Source: Candidatus Ozemobacter sibiricus
GTDB taxonomy: Bacteria > Muiribacteriota > Ozemobacteria > Ozemobacterales > Ozemobacteraceae
Direction of reading: 5' to 3'
DNA length: 64,000 nt
NCBI GenBank assembly: GCA_003327425.1
Contig: QOQW01000013.1
Location: 61,351 to 125,350 of the forward strand
In this document: positions 52,982-62,203 of the stretch, piece by piece
Numbering within the stretch: the stretch's first letter is position 1
How the letters are laid out: each line of letters starts with the position of its first letter
The notes under the pieces: generated by a model
Database searches by the model: none
What the model was told of the DNA's origin: nothing
Seen by the model: the letters and a program-made list of their open reading frames with translations, nothing else
Translations under genes and position numbers: made by a program

Positions 52982-54424
52982 TCAGGGCGCGTCGGGGGCG
53001 TTCAGGAAATCGAACATCCAGTCTCCAGAGCTCTCCCAGGCCTGGCCTTGAGGGCCGGTCCAGGTGTGGTCGGTGGTGAGCAGTCCGCCCTCGACCTGCC
53101 GGTCGGCCTGGTGGGTCACGGTCTTCCCGCGGTCGGTCGTCCAGGCAGAGTTGACCGAGCCCCCGTCGACCGTGGTCTGGCCGGTGACATGGCGCGTCTG
53201 GCCATCCGGCGTAGTATAGGTCTTGTCGGACGTGAAGGTCGAGCCGTTTTTGACGGTGGTACCGGTCACCGTGGTGGTCCGACCCTGGGGCCCCGTCCAG
53301 GAGCGGTCATAGGCGGCCTGGTTGCCGTCAACGGTGGTCTGGCCCTGGAAAGAGGCGGTCTTCCCGCCTTCGCCCCTCCAGGTCTTGTGCGTGGTCGTGG
53401 TCGAACCCTCACGGGTACGGGTTCCCTGCACCTCGACCGTCTGGCCGCCTGGGCCGGTCCAGGTGCCTTGCTGCTGCCAGGTCTGTCCGCGATGGGTCAC
53501 CGTGCCATCGTAGGTCTGGGTGCGTCCCTGCGGCCCGGTATGGGTGCCCGTGGTCCACCATGTCCCCTCGCGAGCGCCGCCCGGGCCTTGGCTCTGGCCA
53601 CTCACCGCTCCCTGCCATTGGGACGCGCGGCCGGCCGGCCCGACGAGGGCGCCCTGAGCGGCCAGGCCGCGAGGGCCGCCGGCCAACTGGTTCATCCGTT
53701 CGGCCAGCTGGGGGAAATCCCTCTGGAGGGCGCCGAGCTGGTCGGGGCTCATCTGGCTCCAGTGCTGACGCAACTCCTGGAGACGGGCTTGCCACGCCTG
53801 CGGATCGCCGCTGCCGCGAGCGGCCATGAACGCTTTGATCTTCTCCTGCAAAGCCCCCATCTGGGGATTGCCCTGGACTCGTTCCTGCCACTTCTGGCGA
53901 AACTGCTCCCAGCCCTGACCGCCATGGGGATCGCCCCAGCGGGCCCGCATCCGCTCCTGCCAGGCCTGCCAGCGCTCGCCGCCCCCCTGACCGGCTTGCA
54001 TCCGTTCCTTCCACTTCTGCAGGAAGCCCGCGCCCGGCCCGCCCTCCTGGTTCCTCTCCCGCATTCGCTCTGGCCAGCGCTCCCGTAGGCGCTCCACCCC
54101 GGGCGGCAAGCGGTCGGCGCCTTCTCCCCCCGGGCCACCTCCTTGCTGCCGTCGCTCCTTCCACTGCTGGAACCGATCGGCCGTGGCCCCGCCTTCCTCA
54201 CCGGCCTGGCCGCCCGCCCGGCGCTGCTGCCATCGCTCCTTCCAGGCGGCCCCCGCGCCCGCCCCCGTTCCGCCCGCCTCCTGCCCGGCCGGACGATTCT
54301 GCCAGCGGGCCCCGGCGCCCCCGGCACCGCCCTGCCCCTGGCCCCATCTGCCTTGGGCCGCCACCGCGACCGTCATGCCGAATAGCATCACCCCGCAACC
54401 CATTCCCACTAGCCAAGCACGCAT
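52982..54424 (-). CDS. secreted repetitive protein: N-terminal half of ~17-aa W-x-E-R/Q-rich repeats ending in Gly runs, C-terminal half Thr/Gly-rich beta-type repeats
   Basis: An AAGGAG RBS sits 7 nt upstream of ATG 54424. The signal peptide is MRAWLVGMGCGVMLFGMTVAVAAQG. The repeats include AAWKERWQQRRAGGQ, FQQWKERRQQGGG, FLQKWKERMQAGQGGG, RWQAWQERMRARWGDPHGG and WEQFRQKWQERVQGNP, followed by GTWTGPGGQTVEVQGTRTREG...TGPQGRTTTVTGTTV. Confidence 0.55.
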   Translation of the reverse strand: MRAWLVGMGCGVMLFGMTVAVAAQGRWGQGQGGAGGAGARWQNRPAGQEAGGTGAGAGAAWKERWQQRRAGGQAGEEGGATADRFQQWKERRQQGGGPGGEGADRLPPGVERLRERWPERMRERNQEGGPGAGFLQKWKERMQAGQGGGERWQAWQERMRARWGDPHGGQGWEQFRQKWQERVQGNPQMGALQEKIKAFMAARGSGDPQAWQARLQELRQHWSQMSPDQLGALQRDFPQLAERMNQLAGGPRGLAAQGALVGPAGRASQWQGAVSGQSQGPGGAREGTWWTTGTHTGPQGRTQTYDGTVTHRGQTWQQQGTWTGPGGQTVEVQGTRTREGSTTTTHKTWRGEGGKTASFQGQTTVDGNQAAYDRSWTGPQGRTTTVTGTTVKNGSTFTSDKTYTTPDGQTRHVTGQTTVDGGSVNSAWTTDRGKTVTHQADRQVEGGLLTTDHTWTGPQGQAWESSGDWMFDFLNAPDAP

Positions 54425-54478
54425 CGATACTCTCCTTTTTTCCGACGATAGGGCCGCCTGGCAACCCAGGCCAGCGCC

Positions 54479-57157
54479 TCATTTTTCTTCTTCCATCTTT
54501 TGAATGGCTTTTTCTGCTTCTTCGAAATCCAACAATGATGGCCCGATCAATTCGGGCGACAATTCCAACGTGTTCAAGTCGGTGTTATATTCCACGCTGG
54601 GCAGAAGGTTGGCATTTCCCTTGATTTTCTGGTCGCTATATTCCTTCTTGGATTTGACCTTCTGAGCCCCATCAAACGCCGTTTTGGCGAATTTAACGGC
54701 TTTTTGCTGCCTGGGCGTCAATTTCCGAAACACTTCCGGCGTTTCCAGATGATCCAGCCATTTCCCGCCCAGATAGTTGTTCAGATCGTAGAGCAGACCT
54801 TCGTAGTCGGATTTCCCCAATTTCGCCAGAAGACCAAGCACCGTCAAAAACTCATCGACAAATTTCCCATAGACCGGAACTTTCTTGAGAAACTCCAGCA
54901 TCAAGAATTGATCGGGCGTTTGCGCTTCCAGCGAGGAAACCAGGCTGACCAGGAAATGCTCAGGACTCTCCTTGGAAATGATGGCCAGGGCGTCAGATTG
55001 CACCAATTGTTCATCGATGCGTCCCAGATCTTTTCCGTCCTGGTCGGTCAGCAGCAACTCGCCGACGATCCGATAGCTATGGAACCCCTCGCTCATCATC
55101 TTTACGGCTGGGTAGGCGTATTTGGTGATGTTATAGACGGTCTCTTCGCCAGAAGTATAGGAAAGGACCGTCAGAACGTTGGTATCCCCCGCGCCCTGCC
55201 TGACCGGCGTGATTTTCGTGATCCCTTGAAATGCCTTGTCTGGAGGGAGATTGCCCGGTTTGTTCACCCATTCGAGGGAGAGCTTGATGCCGAGGGTTCT
55301 ACCGTCCCAGACTTTTCGGCTGGCACTGCTGAAATACACCCCCAGATTCAATTTGGGGAAATGTCTGCTGACCAAGGAAAGCGTGAACGGATGGCGATCG
55401 CCATACGCGCCCTTGATGGCTTTGATTCTGTGAAAAGCCAGACCCAACCCCACATGGATGGTGACAGCATCTTTTTCTTCGCCCACACTGCACTTGACTT
55501 CATACTTGCGAGGCTGATCGAGTCGGCCGCCCGAATAATAGAATAAAGCCTTGGCCATGCCTTTGGCGTCGGCCTCGACCTGGACGGTCGTCCCGCTGGC
55601 GTTGCCGGCCACCAGATACGCGTCGGGCGGGCTTTTCGCGATCGCGAACGTGACCAAGGCGCGCGGCTGGGTCTGGGCCATGATGCACGCCGGCAGTTGG
55701 TTGGTGGCCGGCAGATACGCCACATGCCATTCATCGCCCAGGGCTGACGGCAACGCTGAAGCGGTAAGGGAGACTTTTTCGGCCGGCGGGCGCGCTTTCA
55801 TCTCTTTCTTGCTCACCACCGCCTGCGACGCCTTGATATTGCCCAGAATGGCGTCGCGCAATTCTTTCAACATTGCCATATCGGGACCGGACAAATGCCC
55901 ATACAGATTCCCGAAATGGAATTTCAGGTGAGCATTTCCGGCCTGGTCTTTCGCCCTTGTCAGATAGGAATATTCCGGAACGCCGAAATGATCCCTCAGC
56001 TCGTAATAGACCGTCCTTTCGGGGACAACGATACCGGTTTTTATTTTTTCAACGACTTCGGAAGCAATGTTCGTTTCATAATCCGTTATCTTATATTCGC
56101 ACAGGAACCGATATAGCTCTTGCAGGACTTCACGATAGGCTTTGGTCTGAGAAATAAGTTTATTCTCGGCGACCATGCCGTCTCTGGCCAGGATCGCCGG
56201 GTCTTCTTTTTCTTCGAAGCGCCAGAATTCCGCCCGATACTCGCGGTTGTTGATAACGAAATGGTAGCTCAGCGAGCCGAAATGCTTTTGATCGACGGAA
56301 GATGCCAATTCCTGCTTTTCCTTGGGCAAGAGCGCATTTTTGTCATATTGCCGCAAATACAGGTTGTCTTCGATGACTTTCGGCACAAACGAAGGCGTGA
56401 AATCATAGATGGGCTTATCGAAGTAGGACAGACTCGTTGGCCTGACCGGCGACGCCTCCACCTTTTTGATGGCTCCAGCGTCAGGCGATATTTTCTGCGC
56501 GGCGTTGGTTCCGACTTTTCTGACCCACGCCAGATCGGGCGCTTCGATCTCCACCAGGATATTTCCCAGCCCCCAAGCCCCGCGAAAGACCTTATTCCCC
56601 GTGAAATTCTGCTCATTGATCGCGTAATAAATGCCGTTCACATCAGAATTCTGAACGGCATCGAGGTCAAAGGCGGCCCCAAACATGCGGTACAAGTCAG
56701 GGATGTTCGATTCAACCAGCTTGACTTCTTTGGGATACGTTTTCTCCATTTTGGAAAAGTCAACAATTCTTCCAAAAATGTATTTTTCGTATGGAATGCT
56801 CTTCCCAGTTTCTCGCTTTATGTCATCCAGGAAGAATTGCCGGTATTCGATTCGCCCAACGACCTCAGGCTTGTCGTTGGCAAAAACAAATTGATAATAC
56901 AAGGGCATGTCAGGCCTTGCTTCCTTGTCGATTTTCAACCCTGTCACCGTAAGCCCTTCAACTGCGCAGTTCGAAAATCGATCATTCGATTCCGGCAATT
57001 TCTGGAATGTGAGCGCCTCGGCCGGAATAAAGTCGGAGAAATAGAGATGCGGCGGATCGTAGGCATCAAGGGGCTTATCGAAATATCTGGCCGATTGCCC
57101 ACTGGCTGAAAAAACTGACAAGAAAAGGAATCCGAATATGAGCAGCAACTTCTTCAT
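54479..57157 (-). CDS. large secreted protein (892 aa) of unknown function encoded in a low-GC island
   Basis: It is an uninterrupted ORF with AT-rich codon usage (aaa/gaa/ttt/att frequent), in sharp contrast to the ~70% GC context. A GGAGG RBS sits 9 nt upstream of the ATG. The signal peptide is MKKLLLIFGFLFLSVFSASGQ (Bacteroidota-like). No catalytic motif was recognised. Confidence 0.7.
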   Translation of the reverse strand: MKKLLLIFGFLFLSVFSASGQSARYFDKPLDAYDPPHLYFSDFIPAEALTFQKLPESNDRFSNCAVEGLTVTGLKIDKEARPDMPLYYQFVFANDKPEVVGRIEYRQFFLDDIKRETGKSIPYEKYIFGRIVDFSKMEKTYPKEVKLVESNIPDLYRMFGAAFDLDAVQNSDVNGIYYAINEQNFTGNKVFRGAWGLGNILVEIEAPDLAWVRKVGTNAAQKISPDAGAIKKVEASPVRPTSLSYFDKPIYDFTPSFVPKVIEDNLYLRQYDKNALLPKEKQELASSVDQKHFGSLSYHFVINNREYRAEFWRFEEKEDPAILARDGMVAENKLISQTKAYREVLQELYRFLCEYKITDYETNIASEVVEKIKTGIVVPERTVYYELRDHFGVPEYSYLTRAKDQAGNAHLKFHFGNLYGHLSGPDMAMLKELRDAILGNIKASQAVVSKKEMKARPPAEKVSLTASALPSALGDEWHVAYLPATNQLPACIMAQTQPRALVTFAIAKSPPDAYLVAGNASGTTVQVEADAKGMAKALFYYSGGRLDQPRKYEVKCSVGEEKDAVTIHVGLGLAFHRIKAIKGAYGDRHPFTLSLVSRHFPKLNLGVYFSSASRKVWDGRTLGIKLSLEWVNKPGNLPPDKAFQGITKITPVRQGAGDTNVLTVLSYTSGEETVYNITKYAYPAVKMMSEGFHSYRIVGELLLTDQDGKDLGRIDEQLVQSDALAIISKESPEHFLVSLVSSLEAQTPDQFLMLEFLKKVPVYGKFVDEFLTVLGLLAKLGKSDYEGLLYDLNNYLGGKWLDHLETPEVFRKLTPRQQKAVKFAKTAFDGAQKVKSKKEYSDQKIKGNANLLPSVEYNTDLNTLELSPELIGPSLLDFEEAEKAIQKMEEEK

Positions 57158-57606
57158 TGTCTATCAGCCTCCGTTTGAATGTCTTGCTCGACATCGAATA
57201 CCCGAGGGAGACGATCTCACCTCGTTCACTTCAGGGGCGTAGCTCAGGCGAGCCCCCAGAAGATCGTCATCGACCTGGCCATGCCGGCCATATGGCGCGG
57301 CCAACGGCTCTGGGAGCGCAAACACGATCGATCTTCGCCACCATTCCAAAATGGATGAAATCGAGGTATCCTGATTCCTGGTGGAGCCTCCATTGGCTCC
57401 GAGGGCCGATCGGCGATTTGATCGTCCCGCGAGAAAGGCATACGGCATGGGCATTCAGATGCTTTTGCAGGCGATCCGTGCGAGAAACCCTGTCGCGATA
57501 TGACTGACCGGTTTCCCTCCCCCAAAGGTACCGCTGACTGGTTGGTCAATCAAGCCCATGCCGAAGGCTTCCGCCCCTACCCCTGATTCGAGGAGGATCC
57601 TGCCCC

Positions 57607-58728
57607 ATGCCTATTTTCCAACCCTTGTCGCGGCTGGCCCTGGCGGTCGTTCTGATCGCCGGCCTTCGGTGGCCCCCCGCGGCCCGCGCGGAAGAACTGA
57701 TCGCCCGCTTGCCGGCGAGCGGGTCGGTGGTCATCTCGATCGATGCCGCCCGTTTGCTGGCCAACCCCGCCTGGAAGAACCTGATCGACGATCTGACAGG
57801 CTCGGCCAGCCAGGCCCTGGCGCCGATCATGGCCGAATTCGACGCCACCTGCAAGACCCTGGAGGTCAACCCTCGCCAGGACCTGCGCGACCTCGCGTTC
57901 CTCCTGCCCTTCCCACGGCCAGGCGGCCAGATGGAAGAGGGCCTGCTCCTCCTCCGGGGCACCTTCCAGAAAGAGGCCATGGTCGCCGCCCTCGAGAAAG
58001 ACGAGTCGTTCAAGATCGACGGGAAGATCGACACCTTCGAGGGGCTGACCGCCATTCGGGCCGTCGGCAAACCCGATTTCACGGTGTTCCTGGCGTCTGA
58101 TCTGCTGGCGGTCGGCAATGAATCCTGGCTGCGGGAAGCCATCGCCGTGCAGAACGGGAAAGGCCCCGCCTTGTCGACCTCACCCGGTTTCAGCGACCTG
58201 GTGAAGCGCGTCCCGGCCGGCACCCCAGTCTGGATCGGCGCCGTCCTGACCCCTGAGTCGCAGCAACAGATCGCGCAGGCCGCCTCCGACACTCCCTACG
58301 CCGCGTTCAGCCGGATGGTCGATCTGCTCCTCACCATCGATGTCACCACCGCCATCGAGGCTCGGCTGCAGGTGCGCGCCGAAACTCCCGAGGCGGCCGG
58401 TGTCATCGGCAGCACCATCGAAGGCACCATCGCCCAGGCCCGTCTCAACGCCACCGGCGCTCCAGCCGAATGGGTCAAGCTGCTCAACGGCTTCACCTTC
58501 AAATCCGAGGGAGCGATGGCCATCGTCAACCTGAGCTATCCACTGGCCGACGTCAAAGTCCTGGTGCAACGCTTCCAGGAAACCACGTCTCCGGGCGGGC
58601 CCGCGCCCGCCTCGGATGATGATCGCCTCGACCCGGGCCTGCCACCTGGCGAGAGCGAGCCTGAGGGGCCTCCGGACAGCGGCGCCACCGACGACCCTCC
58701 GCAAGAAACGAACGAACCCGGCTCCTGA
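57607..58728 (+). CDS. secreted hypothetical protein (373 aa) with acidic Pro-rich C-terminus
   Basis: A GAGGAGGA RBS precedes the ATG. The signal peptide is MPIFQPLSRLALAVVLIAGLRWPPAARAEE. The antisense ORF is R/S-rich junk. Confidence 0.5.
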   Translation: MPIFQPLSRLALAVVLIAGLRWPPAARAEELIARLPASGSVVISIDAARLLANPAWKNLIDDLTGSASQALAPIMAEFDATCKTLEVNPRQDLRDLAFLLPFPRPGGQMEEGLLLLRGTFQKEAMVAALEKDESFKIDGKIDTFEGLTAIRAVGKPDFTVFLASDLLAVGNESWLREAIAVQNGKGPALSTSPGFSDLVKRVPAGTPVWIGAVLTPESQQQIAQAASDTPYAAFSRMVDLLLTIDVTTAIEARLQVRAETPEAAGVIGSTIEGTIAQARLNATGAPAEWVKLLNGFTFKSEGAMAIVNLSYPLADVKVLVQRFQETTSPGGPAPASDDDRLDPGLPPGESEPEGPPDSGATDDPPQETNEPGS

Positions 58729-58765
58729 ACAAGCCTTCTTCGCTCCCTTCCCTGGGCCCGGCCCG

Positions 58766-59197
58766 TCATTGGCCCCCCGGGGGCCGCGTTCCTCCGAACC
58801 GTCGCGCGAGAGCGGACCCCAGCAGCACGAGGCCGATCACGAGCTGGACGCCGATCAGGAACTCCGTCCGCCAGGCGGGCGGGGTCGGTTGGCCTCTGGC
58901 CAGCCAGGCCTCATAGGGCACCAGAATGTTCAGCCGATCGAGCGCCAGAGGCAGGCTCACGCCGGCCACGCCGGTCCACCACAGCCACCCGGCGCCCAGG
59001 CCGGTCACCGGCGACTGGTTCGCCAGGCGAGGATAGAGAAGCCATGTCACGATCAGCAACCCCGCATAAGCTGCCGCGACGAGCCCGAGGGGCAACGCGG
59101 TATGCCCCGCCGGATTCAGCCAGGCATAGATGAGAAGGCCGTCCACGCCTGTCATGGCGGCCATGAGCACTCCCCAGACCAGAACGGTCACTCCCAT
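58766..59197 (-). CDS. small integral membrane protein (4 predicted TM helices)
   Basis: Hydrophobic segments VTVLVWGVLMAAMTGV, LPLGLVAAAYAGLLIVTWLL, GLGAGWLWWTGVAGVSLPLAL and FLIGVQLVIGLVLLGSALA. Confidence 0.4.
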   Translation of the reverse strand: MGVTVLVWGVLMAAMTGVDGLLIYAWLNPAGHTALPLGLVAAAYAGLLIVTWLLYPRLANQSPVTGLGAGWLWWTGVAGVSLPLALDRLNILVPYEAWLARGQPTPPAWRTEFLIGVQLVIGLVLLGSALARRFGGTRPPGGQ

Positions 59198-59233
59198 GCC
59201 TTCCTCTTTGTCCTTCCCGAGGTGTTCACCTCC

Positions 59234-62053
59234 TCACCGGCCGCCCTTCCCTTGCAGAACGGCCGCCACGTGCGCGGCCAGATCCTGGGGAGTGAGCGGC
59301 TTGTGCAGGAGGATCCCCTGCTCGGGGGTCAGGCCCTGCTGGGAGAAGATGTCTTCGGTATACCCAGACATGAAGATCACTTTCATTTCGGGACGGCTTC
59401 CCTTCAACGCCTCGGCCAGTTGTTTGCCATTCATGCCAGGCATGATGACATCGGTCAGCAGCACGTCGATGGACCCGGCATGGCGCGCGCTCAGGTCGAG
59501 GGCCTCCTGGACGGTCGTGGCCACCAGAAGCTGGTACCCCAGCGGCTGCAGGGTGTCGCGAATCAGATTACCGATCGTGGGTTCGTCATCGACCACGAGA
59601 ATCGTCCCCTGCCCTCGGAGAGCATCCGCCGGGACCGCCATCGGTCCTGGCACCGCTTCTTCGGTTACCGGGAAGAACACGTCGAAGGTGGTGCCCTGGC
59701 CTGGCTCGCTGGTGAATCGGACATGGCCGCCGTGCTGCTTGACGATGCCATAGACCATGGCCAGGCCCAATCCCGTGCCTTTTCCGGTTTCCTTGGTGGT
59801 GAAGAAGGGTTCGAAGATCTTGCCCCTGATTTCGGGAGGAATGCCCACCCCGGTATCGGTAACACTGATCACTACGTATTCTCCCGGCTGATCGAGACCC
59901 AGTTCCGACACCTGGCCCGGCGACACGTTCTGCAACCGCGTCGCGATGGTCAAACGGCCACCGTTGGGCATGGCATCGCGGGCATTGACCACGAGGTTCA
60001 TCAGGATCTGCTCGACCTGGTTGTGGTCGGCCCGCACGTTCTTCATGGGCCCCTCTTCGATCATCTGCAAATCGATGTCCTCTCGCAACAACCGGCGGAA
60101 GATGCCATGCAGCCCTCGGACCACCTCGCGCAGGTCGAGGGGTCTCACCTGCAGGGCCTGTTTCCGGCTGAAGGCCAGCAGTTGCCGGGTCAGCAGGGCG
60201 GCCTTCTCGCCGGCCGTCTTGATGTTGACGAGATAGCGCCGGGCTGGCGCTCCCTCGGGCAGTTGCTTGGCCGCCAGTTCGGCATAGCCGATGATGCTGG
60301 TCAGGATGTTGTTGAAATCGTGGGCGATCCCACCGGCCAGGAACCCGATCGATTCCATTTTCTGGGCCTGGGCCAGTTCCTCGTGCAACCGCTGCTGAAT
60401 GCGCTCGGCCTGGCGGCGTGCCGTCAGGTCATGGGCGGTGACCAGCAGGGCGGGGCCATCGCCCAGATCGAGGGGGGAACAGACCATCTCGACGGGAATC
60501 TCCGACCCGTCCTGGCGACGCAGCGTCGTTTCCAGCACCGTCCGACCCGCCGTCAAGGATGCGAGCAGGCGCTCCTGCACGGTTCGCCCGGGGTCGCCGC
60601 CAGCGCTTTCCGGCCCGCGATCCGGCCCGACGAACGTTGCCAGCGAGCGCCCGACCAAGCCGCCGGCCGGCATGCCCAGACAGCTCTCGGCCTGGAGGTT
60701 GGCTTGCAGGATCGTGCCGTCCGCGCCAAGCACGAACACCAGATCGACGGCCGTCTCGAAGAGCTTGCGAAACCGGCGTTCCGATCGGCCCAGCGCGTCC
60801 TCGGCCATCTTGCGACCGACGATGGTCAGCCCCAGAAGCAGGATGCCGAGCATCAGGAGGGCGATCACGGCGGCCGTGCCGATCACGAACTCCCGATGGG
60901 TCTCCAGCATCGATTGCGGCCGGTTCAGAATGATGCTGTCGGGCGGCAGCCGGCTGGGGTCGATCCCGAACCGGCGCAGCACCAGATGGTCGAACAGCCA
61001 GAAGGTCGATCCGGACAGATCGACGGGCAGACTGGCCACCGGCGTTCCGCCCAGGATGTCGAGCGCCATCTGGGCCATCCGCACGCCCTGGGCCTCCCCG
61101 CCGACGACCCGGCCGCCGACGACCCCGTACCCGACCCGCTCGGCGTGCACGACGTAGACGGGCACCGGCGCATGCCGGCCCAGCAGGCTGGCGATTCGGC
61201 GATGGTCGAAGATGGTGCCATCCCGATCCATGCTGAACGAGATCGCCAGCACGATCGTATCGGACGCCAGCATTTCCAGGGTATGCAGCAGCTCATCCAT
61301 GGCGAGGTTGGGCGCGAACCGGATCCGGACGTGCCGCGCCATCCGCGCCAGTTGCGCCGCCGTCTCCCGCCGCGACGAGAGCCCCGTGATGGAATAGTCA
61401 TGGACCACCAGCACCTCCCGGGTTCCGGGATGGAGACGCAAGGCCAGATCGAGGGTGCGGCCGGCATCGAGGATCTCGGCCACGCCCGTCACGTCACGGT
61501 GCCCCTCCAGGCGGGTCGGGTCGAATCCGTTGATCCCACCGAAGACGATGGGCACATTCGGAAACAGGTCAGCCCGGTGATCGAGGGCGAACTCGAGGGC
61601 CGGATTGTCGGCCGCCACCACCAACGCGATCTCCTTGCCGGCATACTTCGCCCGGAAGAGATCGATCAGGCGCGGAAAGTGCTCCATGCCCGGAAAGCGC
61701 TTGCAATCGAGATACTCGATGATCGGCTCGAGATAGGGCGCCCGATGGCGGAAGGTCTCGACCAGTCCCGCCATCTCGTTGTCCGACCAGGAATACCCGG
61801 GGTGGTAGGAATTCAGGATCAGCACCTTCCGCTTCGCCCCGGCCTTCATCGATTCCGCCTGGAACGGCGGATAGTCGAGACCGACGGCCCGCTCGAGCTG
61901 CGGTTCATAGAAGACCTGGGACAGCAGGGCCGCCAGCAGCCCTGACACCACCAGGACGAATCCCACGATGCCCAGGATCGCCAGGCGGGACACCCCTCGC
62001 CCGAACAACGACGGTCGAGCTACCAGGGACGGGTGGACCAATCGCAGGCTCAA
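59234..62053 (-). CDS. hybrid sensor histidine kinase/response regulator with N-terminal periplasmic-binding-protein-like sensor domain, PAS, HisKA, HATPase_c and C-terminal REC domain
   Basis: TM helix 1 is [22 protein letters not shown]. The periplasmic domain has [17 protein letters not shown], and a second TM is [19 protein letters not shown]. The PAS-like region is followed by the H-box [10 protein letters not shown]-boxes [10 protein letters not shown] / GTGLGLAMV, and the receiver [18 protein letters not shown]...[13 protein letters not shown]...KPL. The start codon is uncertain (TTG at 62053 or a downstream TTG/GTG). Confidence 0.85.
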   Translation of the reverse strand: MSLRLVHPSLVARPSLFGRGVSRLAILGIVGFVLVVSGLLAALLSQVFYEPQLERAVGLDYPPFQAESMKAGAKRKVLILNSYHPGYSWSDNEMAGLVETFRHRAPYLEPIIEYLDCKRFPGMEHFPRLIDLFRAKYAGKEIALVVAADNPALEFALDHRADLFPNVPIVFGGINGFDPTRLEGHRDVTGVAEILDAGRTLDLALRLHPGTREVLVVHDYSITGLSSRRETAAQLARMARHVRIRFAPNLAMDELLHTLEMLASDTIVLAISFSMDRDGTIFDHRRIASLLGRHAPVPVYVVHAERVGYGVVGGRVVGGEAQGVRMAQMALDILGGTPVASLPVDLSGSTFWLFDHLVLRRFGIDPSRLPPDSIILNRPQSMLETHREFVIGTAAVIALLMLGILLLGLTIVGRKMAEDALGRSERRFRKLFETAVDLVFVLGADGTILQANLQAESCLGMPAGGLVGRSLATFVGPDRGPESAGGDPGRTVQERLLASLTAGRTVLETTLRRQDGSEIPVEMVCSPLDLGDGPALLVTAHDLTARRQAERIQQRLHEELAQAQKMESIGFLAGGIAHDFNNILTSIIGYAELAAKQLPEGAPARRYLVNIKTAGEKAALLTRQLLAFSRKQALQVRPLDLREVVRGLHGIFRRLLREDIDLQMIEEGPMKNVRADHNQVEQILMNLVVNARDAMPNGGRLTIATRLQNVSPGQVSELGLDQPGEYVVISVTDTGVGIPPEIRGKIFEPFFTTKETGKGTGLGLAMVYGIVKQHGGHVRFTSEPGQGTTFDVFFPVTEEAVPGPMAVPADALRGQGTILVVDDEPTIGNLIRDTLQPLGYQLLVATTVQEALDLSARHAGSIDVLLTDVIMPGMNGKQLAEALKGSRPEMKVIFMSGYTEDIFSQQGLTPEQGILLHKPLTPQDLAAHVAAVLQGKGGR

Positions 62054-62203
62054 GGCTCCTCTCCAGATTCTATCTGAGCCTTATGGTACCCCACCCTGAG
62101 GGAGGTGTCAAAATAGGCTCGGGAGGGCATGTCTCGCCTCCTGGCAAAATGGTACCATGCCCCCGCGAAGTCCAAGCCCGACGAAACCCGTCGACGGGAA
62201 GGG

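Noticed and set aside
54479-57157. Low-GC island as a mobile element/prophage
   Set aside because: There is no integrase, transposase, tRNA or flanking direct repeats. It is a single intact CDS, so it was recorded as a lone HGT gene rather than a mobile element.
48725-61945. Long ORFs antisense to the C39-like, hypothetical, W-repeat, island, secreted and kinase genes (48725..50977, 50436..51494, 52835..54088, 54704..55546, 56120..57109, 57546..58292, 58616..61945, 62070..62723)
   Set aside because: On the opposite strand each has a well-supported gene (RBS, signal peptide or clear kinase motifs). The antisense products are compositionally junk.
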